A stretch of DNA of 64,000 nucleotides from Longimicrobiales bacterium (GTDB lineage Bacteria > Gemmatimonadota > Gemmatimonadetes > Longimicrobiales > RSA9): the NCBI GenBank assembly GCA_035512635.1, contig DATKDR010000096.1, positions 9,452-73,451 on the forward strand. Direction: 5' to 3'. Below, one piece after another: positions 12,197 through 21,188 of the stretch (its first letter is position 1; each line of letters opens with the position of its first letter). The position numbers and the translations under genes are program-made. The notes beneath the pieces are model-generated. The model did no database searches. It was not told where the DNA came from and saw only the letters and a list, made by a program, of their open reading frames with translations.

Positions 12197-12271
12197 GTGG
12201 AGTGGCTCGGTATCCGCGGGGCGAGCGGGTCGGGAACGGCTCGAAAGGTTAGTACCGTAACCCCGCTAACG

Positions 12272-13387
12272 TCAAGTGTTTTCACGATCTCCGCCCATCA
12301 GCCGAACGAAGCGATCGAACAGGTAGCGCGAATCGTGCGGCCCCGGCGCCGCCTCCGGATGGTACTGCACGGAGTAGATCGGCAGCTCCCGGTGCTCGAG
12401 CCCTTCGACCGTCCGGTCGTTCAGGTTCACGTGCGTGACCCGCAGGTCGGGCGCGCCCGGGATGCCGCCCTGCTCCGTGCCGCGCACCGCGAAGCCGTGG
12501 TTCTGCGCGGTGATCTCGACGGCGCCGTCTTCGATGCGTCGCACCGGGTGGTTCCCGCCGCGGTGGCCGTACTTGAGCTTGAAGGTCTCGCCGCCGTACG
12601 CGCGGCCGATGAGCTGGTGCCCGAGGCAGATGCCGAAGATGGGCGTGCCGCGCTCGCCCAGGCGACGCACGGCCTCGAGCGCGTTGCCGACCGCCTCCGG
12701 ATCGCCCGGTCCGTTCGAGATGAACAGGCCGTCCGGCTCCTGCTCCAGGATCTGGTCCGCCGTCGTGTCGCGCGGCAGCGTCGTCACGCGACAGCCCCGC
12801 TCCGCGAGCAGAATCTGCGAGTGACGCTTCACGCCGAAGTCGTACGCGAGCACGTGGAACCGCTCAACGCCGACCGCGGGCACGTCGTAGGCCATCGGCG
12901 TGGAGACGGCGCCCGTGAGGTCGAGCCCCTCCATCCGCGGGTGCCCGGCGATGCGAGCGGCGGCTGCCGCGTGGTCGAGACTCGCGGGCGCGATCACGGC
13001 GCGCATCGCACCGACCGAACGGATGTGCCGCGTCAGCGCGCGCGTGTCGACTTCGGTCAGCGCCACCACGCCGTGCCGGCGCAGGTAGGAATCGAGCCCG
13101 TCCTCCGCGCGCCAGCCCGAGTACGCGCGCGACAGCTCGCGCACGACGAAGCCCGCGACCTGCGGCCTGCGCGACTCCTCGTCCGCCGACGCGACGCCGT
13201 AGTTGCCGATCATGGGCGCGGTCATGGTAATGATCTGACCCGCGTACGACGGATCGGTGAGCACCTCCTGATAGCCGCTCATCGACGTGTTGAAGACCGC
13301 TTCCCCCAGCGCGACGCCGTCCGCGCCCGCGCATACGCCTTCGAACACACGCCCGTCCTCGAGGAGCAGGTACCCCGCTTCGTTCAC
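12272..13387 (-). CDS. carA: Carbamoyl-phosphate synthase small (glutaminase) subunit
   Basis: It has the motifs FNTSMSGYQEVLTDPSYAGQI, the GICLGHQL catalytic Cys, and VQYHPEA. The start is re-called to GTG 13387 (VNEAGYLLLEDGRVFEG). The 240 upstream codons of the ORF-track entry are antisense to rnhA and look spurious. Confidence 0.9.
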   Translation of the reverse strand: MNEAGYLLLEDGRVFEGVCAGADGVALGEAVFNTSMSGYQEVLTDPSYAGQIITMTAPMIGNYGVASADEESRRPQVAGFVVRELSRAYSGWRAEDGLDSYLRRHGVVALTEVDTRALTRHIRSVGAMRAVIAPASLDHAAAAARIAGHPRMEGLDLTGAVSTPMAYDVPAVGVERFHVLAYDFGVKRHSQILLAERGCRVTTLPRDTTADQILEQEPDGLFISNGPGDPEAVGNALEAVRRLGERGTPIFGICLGHQLIGRAYGGETFKLKYGHRGGNHPVRRIEDGAVEITAQNHGFAVRGTEQGGIPGAPDLRVTHVNLNDRTVEGLEHRELPIYSVQYHPEAAPGPHDSRYLFDRFVRLMGGDRENT

Positions 13388-13537
13388 GATCTCTGGCCTG
13401 GTTGGTAGCCGACGCTCGGTGACTGCGCCGGAGCCGGCGCGAAGGAAGCCGCAATTGCAGCGGCGGACACAACTTACGGCCGCGGCCGCGCGCGTCAAGC
13501 TTGCGCCCGGCGGCCGCGCGAGCGCAGCTTCGCGCGC

Positions 13538-14137
13538 ATGGAGCCTCTCGTCTTCCTCTACGCCGACGAATCCTGCCTCGGCAACCAGAACGTCGGCCGC
13601 GATTCGCCCGGCGGCGCCGGCGTGCTGCTCGAGCACTGGCGCGGTGACGGCTGGGAGCGGCGCGATGCCTGGCTGAGCGAGCCCGCGACGACGAACAACT
13701 GCATGGCCATCCGCAGCGGGATCATCGGGCTCGCGGCGCTCAAGCGGCCGTCGCGCGTCGTCTTCACTTCGGACTCGAGCTACCTCGTGAATGGCATGAG
13801 CCAGTGGATCCACGGCTGGGCCCGGCGCGGCTGGAAGCGGAAGACGGGGGCGGTAGAGAACGCCGAGCTCTGGAAGGAGCTGTGCCGCGCGGCCGCGCAG
13901 CATCGCATCGAGTGGCGCTGGGTCCGCGGCCACGCGGGACATCCCCAGAACGAGTACGCCAACCACCTCGCCACGCGCGCTGCGAAGAAACAGGACTCGA
14001 GCAACGGCGCGCTGCCGTCGGGCTTCGAGGCCTGGCTCTCCGAGGAGCGCGACCGCTACGAGCGCTACATCGAGTACATCGAGCACGCTGCGCCCGAGCC
14101 GCACACGTTCAGGCCGGCCGAGACGCCGCCGCTCTAG
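13538..14137 (+). CDS. rnhA: Ribonuclease HI with a ~45-aa C-terminal extension
   Basis: It has the motifs LYADESCLGN, TNNCMAI, TSDSSYLVNG, W.W.RGHAGHPQNEYANHLA. The TAG stop is the first TAG of the heptad array that starts at 14131. Confidence 0.85.
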   Translation: MEPLVFLYADESCLGNQNVGRDSPGGAGVLLEHWRGDGWERRDAWLSEPATTNNCMAIRSGIIGLAALKRPSRVVFTSDSSYLVNGMSQWIHGWARRGWKRKTGAVENAELWKELCRAAAQHRIEWRWVRGHAGHPQNEYANHLATRAAKKQDSSNGALPSGFEAWLSEERDRYERYIEYIEHAAPEPHTFRPAETPPL

Positions 14138-14221
14138 GCTCTAGGCTCCAGGCGCTAGGCTCTAGGCTCTAGGCTCTAGGCTTTAGGCTTTAGGCTTTAG
14201 GCTCTGGGCTCTGGGCTCTGG
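14131..14221. repeat. 13 consecutive heptads of the GCTCTAG family, single arm
   Basis: Counted unit by unit: gctctag x2, gctccag, gcgctag, gctctag x3, gctttag x3, gctctgg x3. The array holds the rnhA stop (14135-14137) and the lipB stop (14197-14199) and encodes the last 8 lipB codons. Confidence 0.95.
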
Positions 14222-14931
14222 GCTTCGAGCGTTTCTTCGATGATTCGTCGGGCGAAGACCGGGGCGAAGGCTTCAGCTACGGCGGTTTCGACCTCCTCCA
14301 TCGCCACTTGCCGGCCGAGAAGGCGCTCGATCGACGTTACGCCGTGGTCGCGGATGCCACATGGGATGATGGCATCGAAGAAACCGAGGTCGGTGCCCAC
14401 GTTCAGCGCGAAGCCGTGCGAGGTGATCCAGCCGCTCGACACGCGCACGCCGATTGCCGCGACCTTCGCCTCGCCCACCCATGCCCCCGTCAACCCCTCC
14501 CGTCGTTCCGCCCCGATGCCGAAATGGGCGAGCGCTTCGATCAGCGCACCCTCGAGGTCGCGCACGTAGCGGTGTAGATCGCAGCGATCCGGCTTGAGGT
14601 CGAGGATGGGGTAGCCGACGAGCTGACCGGGACCGTGGTACGTGACGTCGCCACCCCGCCCCGTCTCGAACAGCTCGATGCCCAGCAGGCGTCGCTCCGA
14701 CTCGTCGAGCAGCACGTGATCGCTGTGCGACGACGTGCCCAGCGTGATGACGTGCGGATGCTCGAGGAGGAGGAGCTGGTCGGGAATCGCACCCGCGCGC
14801 CGCTTGGCGACGAGGCGCGCCTGAAGCTCGAGCGCCTCGCCATACGAAACGGTCCCGAGTCGACGGACCTGAAGCTCGCCACTCGAAACCGTTTCCACCA
14901 TCTCATCCTCCAGCAAGTCAGAGCCACTCAT
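14197..14931 (-). CDS. lipB: Octanoyltransferase (lipoyl(octanoyl) transferase)
   Basis: It has the motifs LLLLEHPHVITLG, RGGDVTYHGPGQLVGYPI and KVAAIGVRVSSGWITSHGFALNV. The C-terminal EAQSPEPRA is encoded by the heptad repeat. Confidence 0.85.
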   Translation of the reverse strand: MSGSDLLEDEMVETVSSGELQVRRLGTVSYGEALELQARLVAKRRAGAIPDQLLLLEHPHVITLGTSSHSDHVLLDESERRLLGIELFETGRGGDVTYHGPGQLVGYPILDLKPDRCDLHRYVRDLEGALIEALAHFGIGAERREGLTGAWVGEAKVAAIGVRVSSGWITSHGFALNVGTDLGFFDAIIPCGIRDHGVTSIERLLGRQVAMEEVETAVAEAFAPVFARRIIEETLEAQSPEPRA

Positions 14932-14950
14932 CCACAGGCCCGGCCACAGG

Positions 14951-14983
14951 GCCCAGAGCCCAGAGCCTAGAGCCTAGCGCCTC
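14951..14983. repeat. Heptad array GCCCAGA x2, GCCTAGA, GCCTAGC (inverse orientation to 14131-14221)
   Basis: Read directly. It lies in the 53-nt spacer between the lipB start (14931) and the E2 stop (14985). Confidence 0.85.
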
Positions 14984-14984
14984 T

Positions 14985-16457
14985 TCATGCCGTCTCCGGG
15001 AAGCTCTCGAGCACTTCCTTGAGCTTCGCCAGGAAGCGCGCGGCGTCTGCGCCGTCGACCAGGCGGTGGTCGTAGCCGAGCGAGAAGTAGGAGCGCTTGC
15101 GGACGGCGATCGAGTCGGAGCCGTCGACTTCGACGACGACGGCGCGCTTCTCGATGGCGCCGGTGCCGAGGATGGCGGACGTGCCTTCGGGAATGACGGG
15201 CATGCCGACCATCGTGCCGAGGACGCCGGGATTGGTGATGCTGAACGTCGCGCCCTGCACCTCGTCGGGCTTGAGCTTGCGGGCGCGGGCGCGCACGGCG
15301 AGGTCGTTGATGCGCTTGGACACGCCGACCAGCGTCAGCTCATCGGCATTCCTGACCACCGGCACGATGAGGCCCGGGTTGAGGTCGACCGCCATGCCCA
15401 GATTGATGTCGGCGCGGTAGATGATGCTCTCGCCGGAGATCGTGCCGTTCACCATGGGGAACTCGGGCAGCACGCGCGCGACCGCCCAGGCGACGAACCC
15501 CGTATAGCTCACCTTCACGCCCTGCTCCGCCCACTTGGCCTTGCTGGACGCGCGCACGCGGTCGATCGCCGTGAAGTCGATCTCGATGAACGAGTGCACG
15601 TGCGGCGCGATGCGCTTCGCGCGCACCATGTGGTCCGCGGTGAGCTGGCGGATGCGCGTCATGCCCTCGACACGATCGTTCTCGCGCGCCGGGAACTCCG
15701 GGTGCCGCACCTGCGTGTGGAAGATCCGCCAGAACTGGTCGGCGTCGAAGGGGCCGGAAGGCGCGCCCGCGGCCGCCGGTCGGGTGGGCGCCGCAACGGC
15801 AGCCTTGCCGGGCGCCGCGGCCTTGCCCGCCGCCGCGGCCGGCTGCTGCTCGCGCGTCTCCAGGTAGGACATGATGTCCTGCTTGGTCACGCGTCCCGCG
15901 CGGCCGGTGCCCCCGACCTCGCGCAGGTCGATCGAATGCTCGGCGGCGATGCGGCGCACGAGCGGCGTGGAGCGGCGCTTCAGCCGCTCGTCCGCGGTCT
16001 CGTCGGCGTGCCCCTCGTCGGCTTCCTCTTCCTCGTCGATCCCCTCGCCCGACGGGGCGTCCGCCGCGGCGATGGCGGCGTCGTCGCCGTCGCCCTGCCG
16101 CTGCGCCTTCGGGGGCGCGGGCGCTTCCTCGGCCTCCGGTGCCACGGCCTCAGCGGGCTTGCCGCCCTTCGCCTCGGGTGCGGCCTTGCCTCCGTCACCG
16201 CTCGGCGCGGCGTTCTTGTCGGTCTCGATGTAGGCGATGATGGTGCCGACCTCGACGGTATCGCCTTCCTTGACCACGACTTCGGCGATCGTGCCCGCGG
16301 CAGGCGCCGGGATCTCGGCGTCGACCTTGTCGGTCGAGATCTCCAGGAGCGGCTCGTCGCGATCGACGCTGTCGCCCACGTTCTTGAGCCACTTGGAGAC
16401 GGTGCCCTCGGCGATCGATTCGCCCATCTGGGGCATGGGAACTTCGACGCGAGCCAT
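14985..16457 (-). CDS. 2-oxoacid dehydrogenase E2 (dihydrolipoamide acyltransferase)
   Basis: It has an N-terminal lipoyl domain (EISTDKVDAEIPAP), an Ala/Pro/Glu-rich linker, an E3-binding segment (PLVRRIAAEHSIDL), and a catalytic domain with DHRLVDGA. Confidence 0.85.
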   Translation of the reverse strand: MARVEVPMPQMGESIAEGTVSKWLKNVGDSVDRDEPLLEISTDKVDAEIPAPAAGTIAEVVVKEGDTVEVGTIIAYIETDKNAAPSGDGGKAAPEAKGGKPAEAVAPEAEEAPAPPKAQRQGDGDDAAIAAADAPSGEGIDEEEEADEGHADETADERLKRRSTPLVRRIAAEHSIDLREVGGTGRAGRVTKQDIMSYLETREQQPAAAAGKAAAPGKAAVAAPTRPAAAGAPSGPFDADQFWRIFHTQVRHPEFPARENDRVEGMTRIRQLTADHMVRAKRIAPHVHSFIEIDFTAIDRVRASSKAKWAEQGVKVSYTGFVAWAVARVLPEFPMVNGTISGESIIYRADINLGMAVDLNPGLIVPVVRNADELTLVGVSKRINDLAVRARARKLKPDEVQGATFSITNPGVLGTMVGMPVIPEGTSAILGTGAIEKRAVVVEVDGSDSIAVRKRSYFSLGYDHRLVDGADAARFLAKLKEVLESFPETA

Positions 16458-16462
16458 AAATT

Positions 16463-16546
16463 CCGTAGTCTGTAGTCAGTAAACCGTAACCGGTAGACGC
16501 TCCCGTATACGGCATACGGTATACGGACGACCGTCTACGGGCTACG
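16463..16546. repeat. Heptad arrays CCGTAGT/CTGTAGT/CCGTAAC/CGGTAGA then GTATACG/GCATACG/GTATACG/GTCTACG/GGCTACG
   Basis: Twelve units of period 7 were read directly and fill the whole E2-E1beta spacer. cggtagacg (16491-16499) and cgtctacgg (16532-16540) are near-complementary, so the region could form a hairpin. Confidence 0.85.
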
Positions 16547-17641
16547 TCAGTACTTCGCCAGATACCTGCTTGCGGTGACGACGTCCTCAACGCCGGGCAG
16601 GAAGTAATCCTCCAGCGGCGGCGAGTAGGGCACCGGCGTATCGATCGCCGTGACGCGCAGGATGGGCGCGTCGAGCCACTCGAACGCCTTTTCGCTCACG
16701 CGCATGGAGATCTCGCCCGCGATGCCTCCCGTGCGCGTGTCCTCGTGCACGATCAGGACGCGATTCGTCTTCTTCACGCTGGCGATGATGGCGTCCTCGT
16801 CGAACGGGAGCAGCGTGCGGAGGTCCAGGATCTCGACGTCGACGCCCTCCTCGGCCAGCCGCTCCGCCGCCTTCTGGCACTCGTGCACCATCATGCCGTA
16901 CGTGACGATGGTCACGTCGCGGCCCTGCCGATGAACGCGCGCCTCGCCCAGCGGCACCACATAGTCCTCCTGCGGCAGAACCTCACGCAAGGCGGGGGCC
17001 CGGTACATCTTCTTGTGCTCGAAGAAGAGGACGGGATCCTCGTCGCGGATCGCGGCCTTCATCAGGCCCTTCGCGTCCCGCGCGGTGCAGGGGTAGACGA
17101 TCTTGAGCCCGGGCGTGTGGAAGAACGCCATCTCGGGGTTCTGCGAGTGGAAGGGGCCGCCGCGGACGCCGCCGCCGACCGGGCCGCGCACGACCATCGG
17201 CACGCCGCCGCTGCCGCGCCAGCGCGAGGTCGCGATGTAGTTGGTGAGCGGCTCGTAGGCGCAGGACACGAAGTCCATGAACTGCATCTCGACGACGGGT
17301 CGCATGCCCATGTGGGCCGCGCCCGCCGCGGCGCCCGTGAAACCGGCCTCCGCGATGGGCGTGTCGACGACACGCTGCTCGCCGAAGTAGCCGATGAAGC
17401 CGTCGGTCATCTTGAAAGCGCCGCCGTAGGTGCCGATGTCCTCGCCCATCATGAAGACGTTCGGGTCGCGCTCCATCTCCTCCCATAGCGCCTCCCGGAT
17501 CGCCTCCAGGAACGTGACCGGCTCGCCGCGCTCGGTCTGCCGGACGTGATCCGGCTTCTCCCGCGCGCCCGCCTTCTCCTGCTCGGCAGCCCTGTCCGGC
17601 GCGGCTCCGTTCTTCCCCTTCCTGCTCGTCGTCTTCGCCAT
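16547..17641 (-). CDS. 2-oxoacid dehydrogenase E1 component beta subunit
   Basis: The transketolase-like core reads VFMMGEDIGTYGGAFKMTDG and DTPIAEAGFTGAA. The start is re-called to ATG 17641 (MAKTTSRKGKNG), giving a ~40-aa Lys-rich extension. The upstream ORF-track residues overlap E1alpha. Confidence 0.9.
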   Translation of the reverse strand: MAKTTSRKGKNGAAPDRAAEQEKAGAREKPDHVRQTERGEPVTFLEAIREALWEEMERDPNVFMMGEDIGTYGGAFKMTDGFIGYFGEQRVVDTPIAEAGFTGAAAGAAHMGMRPVVEMQFMDFVSCAYEPLTNYIATSRWRGSGGVPMVVRGPVGGGVRGGPFHSQNPEMAFFHTPGLKIVYPCTARDAKGLMKAAIRDEDPVLFFEHKKMYRAPALREVLPQEDYVVPLGEARVHRQGRDVTIVTYGMMVHECQKAAERLAEEGVDVEILDLRTLLPFDEDAIIASVKKTNRVLIVHEDTRTGGIAGEISMRVSEKAFEWLDAPILRVTAIDTPVPYSPPLEDYFLPGVEDVVTASRYLAKY

Positions 17642-17646
17642 GGGAG

Positions 17647-18717
17647 TCAGGCCAGGTGTGGGTCGAGCGGCTCGAGGCGGGTCCAGGGGCGCGCGGCGAT
17701 CGACCCCGCGTACACGTCGCCGAGCGCGGCCTCGGGCTCCGGGAGACCGGACGCCTCCGCCTGCTCGCGAGCTTCGTCGATCTGCGCGGCCACCTCGGCG
17801 TCGATCGCGTCCAGCTCCGCCCGCGTCGCCCAGCCCTCGTCCAGCAGGCGGGAGCGGAAGCGGTCCACCGGGTCCAGCTTCACCCAGCCGTCGATCTCGC
17901 CCGCGGGCACGTAGCTCTGCGAGTCGTGCTCGGCGTGACCCTTCCGACGGTAGGTCACCACCTCGAGCAGCGCCGCGCCCCGCCCCGAGCGCGCGTGCTC
18001 GACGGCGCGCTTCGTCATCTCGTAGACCGCGAGCACGTCGTTGCCGTCGCAGCTCTCGCCGTGGACGCCGTAGCCGGGCGCCTTGTCGGTGAAGGACACG
18101 CACGCGGTCTGCTGCGACGTGGGCGTCGAGTAGGCGTAGCCGTTCTTCTCGACGATGACGATCAGCGGCGCGCGCTGGACGGCCGCGAGGTTGAAGCCCT
18201 CGTGGAACGCCCCCGTTGACGTCATGCCGTCGCCGCAGTAGGCGATGGCGACGCGCGGCTCGCCGCGCAGCTTGAAGGTCATCGCGACGCCGGCCATGAC
18301 CTCGATCATGACGCCGAGGTGCGAGATCAGACCGATGAAGCCGCGCCGGTAATCGGTGAAGTGGACGTTCTGCTCGCGGCCGCCGGTCGGCGAGTCCGCC
18401 CGCGCCATGTACTGCCGCAGGAAATCGACGGGACGCGCGCCCATCAGCAGCAGCGAGCCCATGTTGCGGATGGCCGGCGCGAGAATATCGCCGGTGCCGT
18501 CATCGCGGCGGTTCATGGCATAGGCGCTGCCGATCGCCGAGCCCTCCTGGCCCAGCGAGCCGTACAGCCCGCCGATGATCTTGTTCTGACGGTAGAGATT
18601 GGTGAGGACCTGCTCGAGCTGACGCGTCAGCCGCAGGTAGCGGTACATCTCATGGAGTTGGTCGCGGGTGAGATCGGTGACGAGCGTGTCACCCGCGACC
18701 CGGCTGCTTTGCGCCAT
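17647..18717 (-). CDS. 2-oxoacid dehydrogenase E1 component alpha subunit (TPP-dependent)
   Basis: 356 aa. It has the TPP-binding motif GDGMTSTGAFHEGFNLAA...VEKNGYAYSTP. The sequence alone cannot tell whether this is a PDH or a BCKDH. Confidence 0.9.
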   Translation of the reverse strand: MAQSSRVAGDTLVTDLTRDQLHEMYRYLRLTRQLEQVLTNLYRQNKIIGGLYGSLGQEGSAIGSAYAMNRRDDGTGDILAPAIRNMGSLLLMGARPVDFLRQYMARADSPTGGREQNVHFTDYRRGFIGLISHLGVMIEVMAGVAMTFKLRGEPRVAIAYCGDGMTSTGAFHEGFNLAAVQRAPLIVIVEKNGYAYSTPTSQQTACVSFTDKAPGYGVHGESCDGNDVLAVYEMTKRAVEHARSGRGAALLEVVTYRRKGHAEHDSQSYVPAGEIDGWVKLDPVDRFRSRLLDEGWATRAELDAIDAEVAAQIDEAREQAEASGLPEPEAALGDVYAGSIAARPWTRLEPLDPHLA

Positions 18718-18734
18718 TCCGTCCGCTGGGACGA

Positions 18735-19142
18735 TCAGGGCTGAGTGGGCGCGCCTTCGCCCGACTGACCGGCGGCGGGATTCGCGCCCGGCACCGCCGC
18801 GGGCTCCTCTCCTTCGAAGCCGCCCTCGGTGCCCGGCAGCTCGAGCGGCTGCGGCGCCGCGGCCGGCCCCTGCTGGAACTCGCGCTGGAGAATCGACTCC
18901 GGCGCCGTTCCGCCGCGCGACGAGACGACGGCCAGAACGAGCGACAGCCCGAGAAAGATCGCGGCCGACACCCAGGTCGAGCGGGTGAGCAGCGTCGCGG
19001 CCTGGCGGCCGCCGATGAACGTGTCGGTGCTGGCGCCGCCGCCGACGGCGGCGAGGCCGCCGCCCTTGCCGGCCTGGAGAAGGATGACGCCCATCAGGAA
19101 CAGGCCGTCCAGAAGGAGCAGAATTACCAGAAAAGTGATCAC
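18735..19142 (-). CDS. secG: Preprotein translocase subunit SecG with a Pro/Gly/Glu-rich tail
   Basis: The start is re-called to GTG 19142 (VITFLVILLLLDGLFLMGVILLQAGKGGGLAAVGGG). This gives two TM helices and the SecG LLQ.GKG motif, in conserved tpiA-secG synteny. Confidence 0.75.
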   Translation of the reverse strand: MITFLVILLLLDGLFLMGVILLQAGKGGGLAAVGGGASTDTFIGGRQAATLLTRSTWVSAAIFLGLSLVLAVVSSRGGTAPESILQREFQQGPAAAPQPLELPGTEGGFEGEEPAAVPGANPAAGQSGEGAPTQP

Positions 19143-19203
19143 GGATCCTCTGTAAATCGACTGGGTTGCAAGCCGCGAAATCTCGACATTTTGGCCAGGG
19201 CTG

Positions 19204-19968
19204 TCAACCGGAAGCGGCGGCGATCGCGGCGAAGCTGGCGGCTTCGAGGCTGGCCCCCCCGACCAGCACGCCGTCGACGTCGGATGCCGCGAGCAGCTCG
19301 GCGGCATTGTCGGGCTTCACGCTGCCGCCGTAGAGGATGGGCACCGCGGCGCCCTCCGCGGCACCGAGGCGCTCGGCCAGACGGCGGCGCAGGGTGCCAT
19401 GGGCCGCCGCGGCGTCGGCGGGCGTCGCGGTCTCGCCCGTGCCGATCGCCCAGACCGGCTCGTAGGCGATGAGCAGGCGGGCGATCGCGTCGCCGGGTAC
19501 CGCCTCGAGCGCGGCATCGAGCTGACGCAGGATGACCTCGTCGACCCGGCCGGCGCGCCGCTCCTCGATCGTCTCGCCCACGCACACCATCGCCTCGAGG
19601 CCCTGCGCCAGCGCCGCGCGCACCTTGCGCGCGACTTCCTGGTCCGTCTCGCCGAAGACGTGGCGCCGCTCCGAGTGGCCGATGAGCGCCAGTCTCGCGC
19701 CGGTTTCCCGCGCCATCGACGCCGACGTCTCGCCGGTGAACGCGCCCTTCGCTTCCCAGTGGATGTTCTGTACGCCGACGAGCACGTCGTCGCGCCCGCG
19801 CATCGCCTCGGCGACGGCCGCGATCGCGACCGCCGGCGGAAACAGCACGATCGAGCGGGCGCCCGGTGGACACGCCTCGAGGAACGCGTCGGCGAACGCG
19901 CGCGCTTCGGCGGGCCCCTTGTGCATCTTCCAGTTGCCCGCGATCACGGGCCGCTTCAGCCGCGCCAT
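19204..19968 (-). CDS. tpiA: Triose-phosphate isomerase
   Basis: It has the motifs VIAGNWKMH, IGHSERR, AYEPVWAIGTG and YGGSVKP. The start is re-called to ATG 19968, 3 nt after the pgk stop. Confidence 0.9.
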   Translation of the reverse strand: MARLKRPVIAGNWKMHKGPAEARAFADAFLEACPPGARSIVLFPPAVAIAAVAEAMRGRDDVLVGVQNIHWEAKGAFTGETSASMARETGARLALIGHSERRHVFGETDQEVARKVRAALAQGLEAMVCVGETIEERRAGRVDEVILRQLDAALEAVPGDAIARLLIAYEPVWAIGTGETATPADAAAAHGTLRRRLAERLGAAEGAAVPILYGGSVKPDNAAELLAASDVDGVLVGGASLEAASFAAIAAASG

Positions 19969-19970
19969 CG

Positions 19971-21188
19971 TCAGCTTCCTTCCAGCGGGTCGAGCGCGGC
20001 GACGCCCGGCAGCGTCTTCCCCTCCAGGAACTCGAGCGAGGCGCCGCCGCCGGTCGAGACGTGCGTCATGCGCTCGACGACGCCCGCCTTCGCCGCGGCC
20101 GCGCCCGTATCGCCGCCGCCCAGAATCGTGGTGGCGCCGCGCTCGGTCGCCTCGGCGACCCACTCCGCCACGCTCTCCGTGCCGCGCGTGAACGGCTCCA
20201 TCTCGAACATGCCCATGGGCCCGTTCCAGACGATGGTGCGCGCCTGCGCGATGAGCTCGCCGAAGACGGCGACGGAGCGCGGCCCGATGTCGAGGATGCG
20301 CGCGTCGGGGTGCACCTCGGTGCGATCGACTTCGGCGATGCGGGCGTCCTCCGTCGCTTCCGGCGCGACCACGCAGTCGACCGGCAGCACCAGCTTGTCG
20401 CCCGCGCGGTCGAGCAGCTCGCCCGCCATGTCGACGCGGTCTTCCTCGACGAGCGAGAGGCCGGTCTCCAGTCCCATCGCCTTGAAGAACGTGTTGGCCA
20501 TCGCGCCGCCGATCAGCACGTGATCCGCGCGCGGCAGCAGGTTCTCGATGACGTCGATCTTCCCCGAGATCTTGGCGCCGCCGAGGATCGCCACCAGCGG
20601 CCGCTCGGGCGACTCGAGCGCCGCGCCGAGGTAGCGCAGCTCGTCCGCCATCAGCAGACCCGCGACCGCGGGCAGCCCCCGCTCACGCATCACTTCCGCG
20701 ACGCCGGCCGTGCTCGCGTGCGCCCGATGCGCCGCGCCGAATGCGTCGTTCACATAGACGTCGGCCAGGTCCGCGAAGCGCGCCGCCAGCTCCGGATCGT
20801 TCTTCTCCTCGCCCGGCAGGAAGCGCGAGTTCTCCAGCACCAGGATCTGGCCCGGCTGGAGCGCCTCGGCCGCCGCCCGCGCCGCCTCGCCCGCGACGTC
20901 GTCCAGGAAGCGAACCGGCGCGTCGATCAGCTCCGAAAGCCGGTCGGCTGCCGGCTTCAGCGAGAATTCCGCGCTCGGCTTCCCCTGCGGCCGCCCCAGA
21001 TGCGACGTCAGGATCACCCGCGCCCCGTGGCCCACCAGATAGCGCAGCGTCGGCAGCGTGCCCCGGATGCGGGTGTCGTCGGTCACGGCCCCGTCCTCCA
21101 GCGGCACGTTGTAATCGACGCGCACGAGCACGCGGCGATTCTTCAGCTCGCCGGAGGTCAGGTCGTGGATCGTCTTCCTGTTCATCAT
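19971..21188 (-). CDS. pgk: Phosphoglycerate kinase
   Basis: It has the motifs RVDYNVPL, SHLGRPQG, WNGPMGMFE and STGGGASLEF. The start is taken at the ATG doublet at 21188/21185. Confidence 0.9.
   Translation of the reverse strand: MMNRKTIHDLTSGELKNRRVLVRVDYNVPLEDGAVTDDTRIRGTLPTLRYLVGHGARVILTSHLGRPQGKPSAEFSLKPAADRLSELIDAPVRFLDDVAGEAARAAAEALQPGQILVLENSRFLPGEEKNDPELAARFADLADVYVNDAFGAAHRAHASTAGVAEVMRERGLPAVAGLLMADELRYLGAALESPERPLVAILGGAKISGKIDVIENLLPRADHVLIGGAMANTFFKAMGLETGLSLVEEDRVDMAGELLDRAGDKLVLPVDCVVAPEATEDARIAEVDRTEVHPDARILDIGPRSVAVFGELIAQARTIVWNGPMGMFEMEPFTRGTESVAEWVAEATERGATTILGGGDTGAAAAKAGVVERMTHVSTGGGASLEFLEGKTLPGVAALDPLEGS

Noticed and set aside
12272-14104. Over-long ORF-track versions of real genes: carA 610 aa, radA 746 aa, ispD 538 aa, E1beta 518 aa, UDG 589 aa, OMP 908 aa, sdhC 522 aa, tpiA 319 aa, tsaC 381 aa, LTXXQ 373 aa.
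   Set aside because: The upstream portions overlap the preceding gene or run antisense to rnhA, and they lack similarity to the family. Internal starts that abut or overlap the upstream stop give normal-length proteins, so the coordinates were trimmed.
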